Shown here piece by piece: positions 18,060-27,504 of a stretch of DNA of 63,803 bases; positions within the stretch are counted from its first letter, which is position 1; each line of letters begins with the position of its first letter. The notes under the pieces were generated by a model. It had not been told where the DNA came from. It searched no databases and saw only the letters and a list, made by a program, of their open reading frames with translations. The DNA lies in contig JAQSWP010000010.1 of NCBI GenBank assembly GCA_029266575.1, positions 1-63,803 of the forward strand, written 5' to 3'. The DNA is from Alphaproteobacteria bacterium (GTDB taxonomy: Bacteria; Pseudomonadota; Alphaproteobacteria; Reyranellales; JAQSWP01). The position numbers were made by a program, and so were the translations under genes.

Positions 18060-20171
18060 CTATCGCAGGGCCAGGAGCTGCTGCAAAGGCTGGGGCTCGG
18101 CCAAGGTGGCAAGCTTTTCCTGTCGCGTGAGGCTGGCGACGGCAGTGCCGTAATCGGGTGCTTCCGCGATCTTGGTCCTCGCCACCAGTAACGGCAGGTC
18201 TATGGCATCGCCTGGCCGGCGCGGCGGCGGCTGCATCTGCAGGTGCGCGCGCAGCAGCGCTGGGTCGGTAGCGAGCTGGTCGAAGGCGTCGCGTTCGGGA
18301 AAGGCGATGTCGCGATAGACGGCGCGCAACGCCACCGCCTGTTGCAGTTCGGCGGGCGGAGCGTGTTCCTCTGGGGTCCGCAGCACGCCCAGCCGGCCCA
18401 GCGCCGCACCAAGTTTCCGGCTGTTGACCAGCAGCACCAGCGGAATGGTGAGCGCCAGTCCGATGACGACCGGCAGCATCCACAAGAACAGCGCCGGCGC
18501 CACGGCATAGGAGGCGCCGCCCAGCGCCAAACCGACGGCCGTGTGCGGCCAGTACGCGCGCGCGATGACCGGCAGCGGATAATCGCCGCCCTCGCGCTGC
18601 TGCGGCTGCCATCCGGCATCGCGTCCGGTGAGGATCGAGAACACCGACGCCGACTGGCTCAGCATCGTCACGGGCGCCAGCAGACCTGTCAGCACTGTCT
18701 CCAGCAGCAGGCTGAGGAACAGGCGAATGCCGCCGCCGCTGTTGCGCCGGACCGCGCCATCGGCCAATGCCACCAGCAGCGCCAGCAGTTTCGGTACGGC
18801 AAGCAGTGCCATGGTGCCGCCAAACACCCACATGGCGCGCACCGGATCCTGCGCCGGCCAGACCGGGAAAAGCGTGAAGTCGGCGGGGAAATATTCCGGC
18901 CGGATGAAGCGGGCTTGCAAGGCGATCAGGATGCCGAGCAGCAGGAAGGCGAACCACATTGGCGCGGTGATGTAAGAGCCGATGCCCATCAGCAGATGCA
19001 GGCGGCTGATCCAATGCAGCCCGCGCGCCGGCAGCACCGCCGCGTGCTGCAGATTGCCCTGGCACCAGCGCCGGTCACGCACGGCAAGCTCGGTCAGGGT
19101 CGGCGGCCCCTCCTCGTAGCTGCCGTCCCAGTCCGGCATCATGCGCACCGCCCAGCCGGCCCGGCGCAGCAGCGCGGCCTCGACGAAATCGTGGCTGAGA
19201 ATGTGTCCGCCGAACGGCTTGCGCCCACGCAGGCTTGGCAGGCCCGCCGCTTCGGCGAAGGCGCGGGTGCGGATGATGGCGTTGTGGCCCCAGTAATTGC
19301 CCTCACCGCCATGCCACGTCGTGATGCCACGCGCGATTAGGGGTCCATAGATGCGGCTGGCGAATTGCTGCAGGCGGGCGAACAGCGTCTGGCCGCGCAC
19401 CAGGACCGGCAGGGTTTGCACCAGCCCCGCCTGCGGATCGGCTTCCATCGCGGCGGCAAGGCGCAGAATGGTGCGCGCCGTCATCACGCTGTCGGCATCG
19501 AGCACCAACATGTAATCGTAGGCGCCGCCTTGGCTGGTCACCCATTCGGCGAGATTGCCGGCCTTCCGCTCGATATTGTGCCGGCGGCGGCGATAGAAGA
19601 TGCGTCGCTCGCCGGCGGTGCGCGTGCGCAAGGCGAGGAACGCCTGTTCTTCGGCGATCCAGACATCGGGATCAGTGGTGTCGCTGAGTATGAAGAAATC
19701 GAACCCGTCTTTCGCGCCCGCGCGCTGCAGCCCCGTGTCCATGCCCTCGATGGCGGCGGCGAATCGCGTCGGGCTTTCGTTGTAGACCGGCATCAGGATG
19801 GCGGTGCGCCCGCGTAGTGGAATTTGCAGCTCGCCCGCGCGGCGGCGGCCGAAGATGGCCGATGCGAAACCGGCCAGCGCGCTGCAGAAAGCCAGCGCGA
19901 TCCAGGCGAATAGCGCCAGGAACAGCCACAGGATCAGGAATTCCAGCGTCGTCAGCCCGCCGACATCGAGGACCTCGAACATCTCGATGGCGGCGAACAC
20001 GGTGAGCGCCATGGCGCCGGCGATGACGACGAGGCGCGTGGCGATAACGCCGGCAGAGGCAGCGAGGCGGCGCCGGCGGGCGGCCAACCACAGCGATTGC
20101 CGTGGCATGGCAAGAGGCGACGGCGCCGGCATGGCCGGTGTCATCGCGGCTGCTTCACTTAACGAGTCCAT
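18060..20171 (-). CDS. opgH: glucans biosynthesis glucosyltransferase OpgH/MdoH
   Basis: 703 aa multi-TM GT2. Motifs LVLDADSVM and RDRRWCQGNLQH. Start 20171 (alternative ATG 20144). Confidence 0.9.
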   Translation of the reverse strand: MDSLSEAAAMTPAMPAPSPLAMPRQSLWLAARRRRLAASAGVIATRLVVIAGAMALTVFAAIEMFEVLDVGGLTTLEFLILWLFLALFAWIALAFCSALAGFASAIFGRRRAGELQIPLRGRTAILMPVYNESPTRFAAAIEGMDTGLQRAGAKDGFDFFILSDTTDPDVWIAEEQAFLALRTRTAGERRIFYRRRRHNIERKAGNLAEWVTSQGGAYDYMLVLDADSVMTARTILRLAAAMEADPQAGLVQTLPVLVRGQTLFARLQQFASRIYGPLIARGITTWHGGEGNYWGHNAIIRTRAFAEAAGLPSLRGRKPFGGHILSHDFVEAALLRRAGWAVRMMPDWDGSYEEGPPTLTELAVRDRRWCQGNLQHAAVLPARGLHWISRLHLLMGIGSYITAPMWFAFLLLGILIALQARFIRPEYFPADFTLFPVWPAQDPVRAMWVFGGTMALLAVPKLLALLVALADGAVRRNSGGGIRLFLSLLLETVLTGLLAPVTMLSQSASVFSILTGRDAGWQPQQREGGDYPLPVIARAYWPHTAVGLALGGASYAVAPALFLWMLPVVIGLALTIPLVLLVNSRKLGAALGRLGVLRTPEEHAPPAELQQAVALRAVYRDIAFPERDAFDQLATDPALLRAHLQMQPPPRRPGDAIDLPLLVARTKIAEAPDYGTAVASLTRQEKLATLAEPQPLQQLLALR

Positions 20172-21682
20172 CGATAGAGCCAGGTTTCGGATACTGGCTG
20201 ATCGCCGTCCATCAGCCGGGCGCGCAACTCGATAACGCGCGCGCTTTCAGGCTCCAGTTCGAAACTCAGGCGCCAGCCGCCGGTGACGGGGTTGAGCTGC
20301 GACACCACGTTGTGGATTTTGCCGGCATTGGCCTCGACCTGGCCGCGACGATCCTTGGCATCGCGCCGCAACACGTCGCCTTCGGTCTCGATCACGAACA
20401 GCCACCGATTCTGGACGAAGGATGCGCCGATCCTGGTGTCGGTGACGTGCGCCAAATCGGATTTCCAAGGTGCATCCCAACACCAGTGCATACGATAGGC
20501 GAAGCTGTGCTCGCCCTTGGCGGCGAGCGGCTTCTCCGGCCGCCAGAAAGCAACGATGTTGTCGTGAATTTCGCTGGTGGTGGGAATCTCGATCAGGCTG
20601 ACACCGCCCTTGCCCCATTTACCCAAGGTCTCGATCCACAGGCTGGGCCGGCGCTCGTAGCGCGCTTCAAGATCCTGGAAGGCGGCGAAGGAACGCTGGC
20701 GCTGCATCAGGCCGAAGCCGCGCGGATCGACGTCGAGGAAGTTGGCCGCCTGCAGCAAGCCGGGATTGCTGATCGGCCGCCAGATTTGCTCGCCGCTGCC
20801 AGTCCAGATCGATAGCCCGTCGCTATCGTGCACCGAGGGGCGGAAATCGTCGATGCCGCCGCGGTCGCTGGCGGCGAAGAAGAACATGCTGGTCAGGGGC
20901 GCGATGCCGACCTGCGCGATCTCCACGCGCGGGAAGAGCGTCGATTCGACTTCGACGATGGTGGCCTCTCCCGGTCGGATAGCAAAGCGATAGGCGCCGG
21001 TGGTGCTGCGACTGTCGAGTAGCGCATGGATCACGATCTCGCCCGCCTGCGAGCGGGGCTTCTCCAGCCAGAAGCTGGTGAAGCGGGGAAATTCCTCGCC
21101 GGTCTGCTCGGCGGTCTTGATCGCCAGGCCGCGCGCCGACAGGCCGTAGCGATGGTGCTTGCCGACGGCGCGGAAATAGCTGGCGCCGAGGAAGACGGCG
21201 ACCTCGTCGTGATAGTCGGGCCGGTTCATCGGTGCGTGCAGACGGAAGCCGGCGAAACCGCGATCGCCTTCGGCGACGCTTCCGATCTTGCTGAGGTCGA
21301 ACATCTCCGGCCGGTATGCGACCGGCTGTGCAATGCCGTTGTCGACCTCGAAAATCTCGACCCGCTCCTTGTAGAGAAAACCGCGATGGAAAAGATGGAC
21401 GGTGAACGGCAAATCCTGGCCAGCCCACAGGGCCTGGTCGGGTTTGAAACGCAGTGCGCGGTAGTCGTCGTAACCGATCTTGGCCAAAGTCGGCGATAGC
21501 GCATCCTTGGATGCCTGCCACGGTTTTGTCGCGAGCGCCCTGGCCAATTCCTTCACGCGCTCGGCGGAGAAAGGTTCGGCGGCGGTGGCGGCGGAGATGC
21601 CGAAGCGCCGCCGTGCCGCGTCGAGAGCCACAGGCAGCACCAGCGCTCCCGCCAGCAAATCGCGACGATGCAGCTTCTTCAC
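20159..21682 (-). CDS. opgG: periplasmic glucan biosynthesis protein, OpgG/OpgD family
   Basis: 507 aa. Tat-like N-terminus KKLHRRDLLAGALVLPVAL. Sits immediately upstream of opgH and overlaps it by 13 nt. Confidence 0.9.
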   Translation of the reverse strand: MKKLHRRDLLAGALVLPVALDAARRRFGISAATAAEPFSAERVKELARALATKPWQASKDALSPTLAKIGYDDYRALRFKPDQALWAGQDLPFTVHLFHRGFLYKERVEIFEVDNGIAQPVAYRPEMFDLSKIGSVAEGDRGFAGFRLHAPMNRPDYHDEVAVFLGASYFRAVGKHHRYGLSARGLAIKTAEQTGEEFPRFTSFWLEKPRSQAGEIVIHALLDSRSTTGAYRFAIRPGEATIVEVESTLFPRVEIAQVGIAPLTSMFFFAASDRGGIDDFRPSVHDSDGLSIWTGSGEQIWRPISNPGLLQAANFLDVDPRGFGLMQRQRSFAAFQDLEARYERRPSLWIETLGKWGKGGVSLIEIPTTSEIHDNIVAFWRPEKPLAAKGEHSFAYRMHWCWDAPWKSDLAHVTDTRIGASFVQNRWLFVIETEGDVLRRDAKDRRGQVEANAGKIHNVVSQLNPVTGGWRLSFELEPESARVIELRARLMDGDQPVSETWLYRWTR

Positions 21683-21781
21683 CTCGACCTCATGCTGGTA
21701 ATGCCGGGGGCGAAGCGGATCTGCGCCCGAACATCGGCATCCGGCAGTAACGCCAGCAACGACAAAGGGTTCCGGTACTTC

Positions 21782-22224
21782 CTAGCCGCCGGCGGGGCGG
21801 AAACCGCGGTTCAGGAAATCGCCGACCAGGCTGTTAAATTTCATCCGCACCTTCTCGTCGGCGCTGATGACGTAGCCTTCCGAGCCGACGCACAGCGCCA
21901 GCATGATCTTGCGCGTGGTGGGATCGCTCATGCCGACGCCCAGCAGGCCGGAGCGCACTTCCAAATCCTTCGAGATGCGGAAGCGGCACTCGTTGAGCTG
22001 GCGGCCGATGCGCCGGCTGCCGCTCTACCCGCCATCCCATTGATGCGCCGCGCCGTCGCGTCCTTGCCGATGGCGCTGGGCACGAACGGGCTGTAGCTGT
22101 CGATCTCGAGGCTTTCACCGCCGCCGGAAGCTTGCAGCCAGGGATCGGCAATGCGGGCGGCGGCGAAGGACGGCAAGCTTGCGAGCACGATCGCCGCCGC
22201 CAGCGCTCGTGCCCAAACCTTCAT
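21782..22224 (-). pseudogene. small secreted protein gene split over two frames (apparent frameshift)
   Basis: ATG 22224 follows AGAGG and gives the signal peptide MKVWARALAAAIVLASLPSFAAA. High third-position G/C continues in that frame to about 22030. It then switches to the frame of ORF 21782-21964 (...RRIGRQLNECRFRISKDLEVRSGLLGVGMSD...), which opens just after a TAG at 22027-22025. Confidence 0.45.
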
Positions 22225-22240
22225 GGCAGCGCCTCTGCTC

Positions 22241-23302
22241 TTACGCTGCCTCGCCCCGTGCCACTGCGCCGGCCACGGCGAGGAATTTCTCGACATGCGC
22301 CGGGTCGGTGCTGAAGCTGGTCACCAGACGCAGCGCGATCTCACCGGCACGCGCTTCCGGCGTCGGCCATTCGTAGAAAGAAAATCCGGCAGCTTCGAGG
22401 CGGGATTTCATGGCCAGCGGCATGACCGGGAAAATCTCGTTGGCCTGCACCTTGTAGAGCAGGCGCACGCCCTTCAGCGCCTGCAAGCCATCGGCCAGGC
22501 GGCGCGCCATGGCGTTGCTGTGGGCAGCACTCTTCAGCCATAGACCGTCGCTAAGATAGGCGTCGAGTTGGGTGGTGAGAAAGCGCATCTTGGAAAACAG
22601 ATGCCCCGCCCGCTTGCGCCGGAACGCCATGGTGGCCGCCAGCGCCTTGTCGAAGACCACGATGGCTTCCGCCGCCATGGCGCCGTTCTTGGTGGCGCCG
22701 AAGCTCAAGACATCGACGCCGGCGCGCCAGGTGATGTCAGCGGCGCTGACATTGAGGCCGGACAGCGCATTGGCGAAGCGCGCGCCGTCCATGTGCAAAC
22801 CAACCTTATGCTTGCGGCAGATCTCGCCGATGGCGCCGACCTCGCTTGCGCCATAGACCGTGCCGCATTCGCTGGCCTGGGTGAGCGAGACGGCGGCCGG
22901 CTGCACGTGATGCACCACGCCGGCGCCCGCGCCCTGCAGCGCGCCATCGAGCGCCGCGGCCTGCAGCTTGCCGTCGGCGCCTGGCAGCGGCATTAGCTTG
23001 GCGCCGCCAGTGAAGAATTCGGGCGCGCCGCATTCGTCCTGCTGGATATGCGCCAACTCGTGGCAGAACACGGCCCCCCATGGCGGCGACAGCGCCGCCA
23101 GAGCCAGAGAATTGGCCGCGGTGCCGGTGGCGACGGCGAAGAACTCGACCTCGCGCTCGAAAATCTCGTTCAGCCGCGCGCCGACGCCTTTGGTGATCTC
23201 GTCGTTGCCGTAGGGCATGACGTTGGGAATGGAGTTGACGCGCGCGATGGCGTCGAGGATCTGCGGATGCACGCCCGCCGTATTGTCGCTGCAGAAATTC
23301 AC
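22241..23302 (-). CDS. ltaE: low-specificity L-threonine aldolase (beta-eliminating lyase family)
   Basis: GTG 23302 follows GGAGGGG and overlaps the upstream stop (GTGA). Motifs NFCSDNTAGVHPQILDAI and SFGATKNGAMAAEAIV. The rest of the 685-aa ORF is read-through. Confidence 0.85.
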   Translation of the reverse strand: MNFCSDNTAGVHPQILDAIARVNSIPNVMPYGNDEITKGVGARLNEIFEREVEFFAVATGTAANSLALAALSPPWGAVFCHELAHIQQDECGAPEFFTGGAKLMPLPGADGKLQAAALDGALQGAGAGVVHHVQPAAVSLTQASECGTVYGASEVGAIGEICRKHKVGLHMDGARFANALSGLNVSAADITWRAGVDVLSFGATKNGAMAAEAIVVFDKALAATMAFRRKRAGHLFSKMRFLTTQLDAYLSDGLWLKSAAHSNAMARRLADGLQALKGVRLLYKVQANEIFPVMPLAMKSRLEAAGFSFYEWPTPEARAGEIALRLVTSFSTDPAHVEKFLAVAGAVARGEAA

Positions 23303-23766
23303 TTCTTCCCCTCCTGGGCATTGCGCGGCGGCACGTTGACGCTGGGCAAGCCCGGCAGCATGGATGTCGGCGCCGGCTCGCCGCTGTTTTCGATGTTGAG
23401 CGTGCCGATCAGCGCGCCGGTGTTGAGATCGACCACGATCAATTGCTGGCTCTGGTCGGCCAGGATGGCGCGCAGCACCAGCCGCCCGCCGCCGGCGCTG
23501 AAATCGGAAATGCGCGCGCCGGGCGGCAGCATCAGGGTCTGCTCGCCGAAATTGGGCGTGAAATGCGGCGGCAGCGCCTCGCCGATTTTGGGCAGCGGCA
23601 CGGGCTCCGGCAGTTTCTCCGCTTGTGGCGCCGGCACCGCAGGCGCGGTCGCGACCGGCGTCGGCGGTGGCGCTGTGAGGCGGCCGGCGATGACGTAGAT
23701 CAGCGCGCCGAATCCCACCACCAGGAGGACGCCCATCGCGATGACCAGGGTCTTGAGCAAACGCAT
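23299..23766 (-). CDS. hypothetical membrane-anchored protein
   Basis: One N-terminal TM (LLKTLVIAMGVLLVVGFGALIYVIAG), a Pro-rich linker and a C-domain of about 90 aa. No family recognised. ATG 23766 is preferred over 23790, which would overlap the rluD start. Confidence 0.55.
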   Translation of the reverse strand: MRLLKTLVIAMGVLLVVGFGALIYVIAGRLTAPPPTPVATAPAVPAPQAEKLPEPVPLPKIGEALPPHFTPNFGEQTLMLPPGARISDFSAGGGRLVLRAILADQSQQLIVVDLNTGALIGTLNIENSGEPAPTSMLPGLPSVNVPPRNAQEGKK

Positions 23767-23788
23767 GAATCCGGTCCAGTCTCCAATC

Positions 23789-24802
23789 ATGACAACACAG
23801 GCTGCCGCGCAACGCCACCGCTTGACCGTGGCGCCAGCCGATGCCGGCCAACGCCTCGATCGTTATCTGGCCCTGCGGCTGGCCGACGACAGCGACGGCC
23901 TCTCGCGCAGCCGCCTCAAGGCGCTGATCGAAGCCGGCCACATTGCCATCGGCGCGCGCAACGCCTTGCAGCCCGTACGCGAGCCCTCGCGCAAGGTCAA
24001 GACGGGCGAAACGATCGAGGTGTTCGTTCCCGAAGCGGAGGCCGCAACGCCCCTGCCCCAAGCCATTGCGCTGACCATTCTCTACGAGGACGACGATCTC
24101 TTGGTGCTGGACAAGCCGGCTGGGCTGGTGGTGCACCCCGCGCCGGGCAATCCCGACATGACCTTGGTCAATGCCCTGCTGGCCCATTGCGGGCCCAGCC
24201 TGTCGGGCATTGGCGGGGTGAAGCGGCCCGGCATCGTGCACCGGCTGGACAAGGACACTTCCGGCGTCATGGTGGTGGCCAAGAACGACGTGGCGCACCA
24301 GACGCTATCTGCCGCCTTCGCCCGCCACGATATCGAGCGCGGCTACAAGGCGCTGGTCTGGGGCGCGCCCAGCCCGCCGGCCGGTCTGATTGAAGGCAAT
24401 ATCGGCCGCTCCCCGCTCAACCGGAAGAAAATGGCCATCGTCAAAGGCGGCGGCAAACCGGCCGCGACACGCTACCGCGTCGAGCAGCGCTTTGGCCCGG
24501 CGGGAACGGCGCTGGCCAGCCTGGTGGATTGCGAATTGCTTACGGGGCGCACGCATCAGGTAAGGGTGCACCTGGCGAGCCGCGGCCATCCGCTGGTCGG
24601 CGACCCGCTCTATGGAAGGGCAAGAAAAAAGCCCAAAGGCTGGGAAAGCGAGGCGGCGATCCTGAACGCCTTTTCGCGGCAGGCGTTGCATGCATATCGG
24701 CTGGGTTTTGCTCATCCGAAGGGCGGGGGAATGCTCCGATTTCAGAGCGCTTTCCCAAGCGATCTCAAAGAGTTGATCGAGGTGTTATCGGCCCGCGCCT
24801 GA
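23789..24802 (+). CDS. rluD: RluA/RluD family 23S rRNA pseudouridine synthase
   Basis: ATG 23789. S4-like N-terminus (GQRLDRYLALRL) and catalytic motif HRLDKDTSGVMVVAK. Confidence 0.9.
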   Translation: MTTQAAAQRHRLTVAPADAGQRLDRYLALRLADDSDGLSRSRLKALIEAGHIAIGARNALQPVREPSRKVKTGETIEVFVPEAEAATPLPQAIALTILYEDDDLLVLDKPAGLVVHPAPGNPDMTLVNALLAHCGPSLSGIGGVKRPGIVHRLDKDTSGVMVVAKNDVAHQTLSAAFARHDIERGYKALVWGAPSPPAGLIEGNIGRSPLNRKKMAIVKGGGKPAATRYRVEQRFGPAGTALASLVDCELLTGRTHQVRVHLASRGHPLVGDPLYGRARKKPKGWESEAAILNAFSRQALHAYRLGFAHPKGGGMLRFQSAFPSDLKELIEVLSARA

Positions 24803-24849
24803 GCCGCCCCGGAACTGCCTCAATTACCTGACTGGATTGGTCAGGTTTG

Positions 24850-24878
24850 TTGACAGAACCAGGGTAAAAGCCGTAAGT
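24850..24878 (+). promoter_or_regulatory. candidate sigma-70-type promoter upstream of rpoH
   Basis: TTGACA (24850-24855), a 17-nt spacer, then GTAAGT (24873-24878), about 100 nt upstream of the rpoH ATG. Sequence match only. Confidence 0.25.
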
Positions 24879-24978
24879 TCGCACTCGCACAAGCCGGCTT
24901 GGCTGGCGGGTGCAAGACGGCTCTTCAACCGGATGCTGCCCAATTGGGGGCTCCCAAACCAGGAGAGGCTGACCGAGT

Positions 24979-25896
24979 ATGAGTACAGCAAGCTTACCTG
25001 CCATTCCCGCCCTCAGCCCCGAGGGCAACCTTTCCCGCTACCTGCAGCAGATTCGCAAGTTCCCGATGCTGGAACCGGCGGAGGAATACATGCTGGCCAA
25101 GAGCTGGCGCGAGCACGGCGACACCGAAGCCGCGCACAAGCTGGTCACCTCGCATCTGCGCCTGGTCGCCAAGATCGCCATGGGCTATCGCGGTTATGGC
25201 CTGCCGATCGGCGAGCTGATCTCCGAAGGCAATGTCGGCATGATGCAGGCGGTCAAACGCTTCGAGCCCGAGCGCGGCTTCCGGCTGGCGACCTATGCCA
25301 TGTGGTGGATCCGCGCCTCGATCCAGGAATACATCCTGCATTCCTGGTCGCTGGTGAAGATGGGCACCACGGCCGCCCAGAAGAAGCTGTTCTTCAACCT
25401 GCGCAAGCTGAAGAGCCAGATGCAGGCGATCGAGGAGGGCGATCTGTCGCCCGACAAGGTCAAGAAGATCGCCACTACGCTCGGCGTCACCGAAGACGAC
25501 GTGGTGCAGATGAACCGCCGCCTGGCCGGCCCCGACGCCTCGCTCAATGCGCCCTTGCGCAGCGACGGCGAATCGGAATGGCAGGACTGGCTGGTCGATC
25601 ACAGCGACAACCAGGAGACCACCTATGCCGAGGCCGAAGAGACCTCGCAGCGGCGCGAGCTTCTGAACACAGCGCTGCAGACCCTGACCGAGCGCGAGCG
25701 CCACATCCTGGAGCAGCGCCGGCTGATCGACGAGCCCAAGACGCTCGAAGACTTGAGCCACGAATACGGCATCAGCCGCGAGCGCGTGCGCCAGATCGAG
25801 GTGCGCGCCTTCGAGAAGCTGCAGAAGGCCATTCGCAACGCCGCCGCCCGCATTGCCGGCCAGAGCGTGCCGGCGCTGGAGACGGCCAAAGCCTGA
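24979..25896 (+). CDS. rpoH: RNA polymerase sigma-32 (heat-shock) factor RpoH
   Basis: 305 aa. Sigma-70 regions 2-4 plus the RpoH box AAQKKLFFNLRKLK. Confidence 0.95.
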   Translation: MSTASLPAIPALSPEGNLSRYLQQIRKFPMLEPAEEYMLAKSWREHGDTEAAHKLVTSHLRLVAKIAMGYRGYGLPIGELISEGNVGMMQAVKRFEPERGFRLATYAMWWIRASIQEYILHSWSLVKMGTTAAQKKLFFNLRKLKSQMQAIEEGDLSPDKVKKIATTLGVTEDDVVQMNRRLAGPDASLNAPLRSDGESEWQDWLVDHSDNQETTYAEAEETSQRRELLNTALQTLTERERHILEQRRLIDEPKTLEDLSHEYGISRERVRQIEVRAFEKLQKAIRNAAARIAGQSVPALETAKA

Positions 25897-25920
25897 TGAT
25901 CTCTCTCGAGTGACGATCGG

Positions 25921-25958
25921 AAACGGCGGCCCTTGAACAAGGCCGCCGTTTTCGTATT
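25921..25958 (+). terminator. intrinsic terminator after rpoH
   Basis: AAACGGCGGCC (25921-25931), a 9-nt loop, then GGCCGCCGTTT (25941-25951), followed by TCGTATT. Confidence 0.7.
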
Positions 25959-26084
25959 GCTGAGCCCCTTCGACAAGTTCAGGAGCGAAGCATCCTGCCG
26001 GTGCGAGTCTCGTCCATCCAGCAAATGTCGGTGCGATTGAAGCAAGACCCTTCGCTAACGCTCAGAGTACGGAGGAGAATTCGA

Positions 26085-26729
26085 CTACTCCGGCTCGGCC
26101 AAACGATCCGCCATCATGCGCTTGAACGCCGGCCGCGCCTGGCACGCGGCCAGCCATTTCTTCACGCCCGGCACGGCGTCGAACAAGGCGGGCACCGGCT
26201 GGGCATAGCGCAGCACTTCGGCCACGTTGAGATCGGCGACCGTGAAGCGCCCGCCGACCAGATGCCCTCCGCCCTCCTGCAGCGCCGCCTCCAGCACGCG
26301 CAACGGTCCCGGCAATTTCGCCGCCGCATCGGCCACTGCTTTGGCGTCCTTGCCGGCATTCTGCACGATGACGACCGCATGCGGCTCGGCTTCGGTCGCC
26401 GCCCACAGGGTCCACATCGCGATCAGCCCCTCCTCGCGCACGTCGCGCGCCGCCAGCTTCCCGCCATGTTTCTTCGCCAGATAGAGATTGATGGCCAGCG
26501 ATTCGTGCAGCACCAGCCCGTCATCGTCCATGGTCGGGATATGGCCGTTGGGATTGACCTTGCGGAACTCCGGCGAGAACGTGTTGAGCGGCGCGTCGGG
26601 CGCGTTGGGATCGGCCAGCCGATACGCCTGCATCACCGGCACCTTCTGGTACTTAACCCCCAGCTCCTCGCACAGCCACGCATTGCGCGAGGCGCGGGAA
26701 CGGAGCATGCCGTAGATTTTCAGAGTCAT
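26085..26729 (-). CDS. glutathione S-transferase family protein
   Basis: ATG 26729. Motifs KIYGMLRSRASRNAWLCEELGVKY and VNPNGHIPTMDDDG. Confidence 0.85.
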   Translation of the reverse strand: MTLKIYGMLRSRASRNAWLCEELGVKYQKVPVMQAYRLADPNAPDAPLNTFSPEFRKVNPNGHIPTMDDDGLVLHESLAINLYLAKKHGGKLAARDVREEGLIAMWTLWAATEAEPHAVVIVQNAGKDAKAVADAAAKLPGPLRVLEAALQEGGGHLVGGRFTVADLNVAEVLRYAQPVPALFDAVPGVKKWLAACQARPAFKRMMADRLAEPE

Positions 26730-26749
26730 TGTTGTTTCCCCAGCGTTTC

Positions 26750-27352
26750 TCAACCTTGCAACGGCCACTGACCGTAAGGTTCGTAATGCTTACGACCCTG
26801 CAGGCTGAGGATCAAAGAGAATTCCTCGACACGCCAAACGATGGGCTCGTCCAGCACCGTCTCGGGCACGCTGCTGCCGCCATAGAACAGCGTCAGATGC
26901 GGCACGAAGCGCGAATCGAACAGCGGCCGATCAGCGCCGGCGCCGGCCAGCGCATTGCCGATGGCATTCTGCAGCGCGACGAACCCGTACAGCCCCTTGC
27001 CGCAGCGCAGGACCAGTGGTTGCCCTGGCCCGTTGAACGGCTGCACGCCGTCGAACACCGCATCGAATGGCTTTGCTTTGATGGCGGCGGCCACGTGCCG
27101 GACTGCAGCGATCACCTCGTGTGGAATGCCGTCATGCTCGCCCAACCCGTAGAGGGTGACGTGTGGAATGCGGATCGGCGCCTCGATGCCGAATTGCGCC
27201 TGCAGGCGCTGGCCGGCAGCGACAGCCTGCTCGGCGACGGCCGCGGGCGGCATCGCGGCGAAGAACAGTTTGTAGCGCTCCGACGGTCCCAGCCCGAGCG
27301 CGATCTGCCGCGGATCGGCGGGGCGGGATCGCAGGCGAAGTTTCCTTTTCAT
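26750..27352 (-). CDS. 2H phosphoesterase superfamily protein (2'-5' RNA ligase/LigT-like)
   Basis: 200 aa with two H-x-T-x motifs (PHVTLYG, PHLTLFY). Confidence 0.75.
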   Translation of the reverse strand: MKRKLRLRSRPADPRQIALGLGPSERYKLFFAAMPPAAVAEQAVAAGQRLQAQFGIEAPIRIPHVTLYGLGEHDGIPHEVIAAVRHVAAAIKAKPFDAVFDGVQPFNGPGQPLVLRCGKGLYGFVALQNAIGNALAGAGADRPLFDSRFVPHLTLFYGGSSVPETVLDEPIVWRVEEFSLILSLQGRKHYEPYGQWPLQG

Positions 27353-27504
27353 GAAGTATTAACGCCGCAGCTTTGGCCCGCTCGCAACGCCTGCGATTCG
27401 CGTGCAGTCCCAAGGTGCAACCGGTAAAAATCACCCCCAGACTTACCCTTTGCCCCACCGGCGCAAATTGGCTACCTAAAGTCCCGGGAAGGGGCAATCC
27501 GTCC

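Noticed and set aside
22241-24298. A 685-aa ORF suggesting a large fusion protein upstream of the threonine aldolase domain. A similar case is the 336-aa ORF 62589-63599.
   Set aside because: In both cases the N-terminal extensions are low-complexity, overlap better-supported genes in other frames and lack motifs. Internal starts with good RBS or overlap geometry explain the real genes.
25959-26084. Repeated words in the rpoH-GST spacer: CCCTTCG twice, CTGAGC/GCTCAG inverted, and CTTCG-N13-CGAAG. These are reminiscent of the FDKLR/SLSKG-type intergenic repeat elements of alphaproteobacteria.
   Set aside because: There are only short, degenerate matches, no convincing long stem and no second copy in the window. 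A genome-wide repeat search would be needed before calling a REP/MITE.
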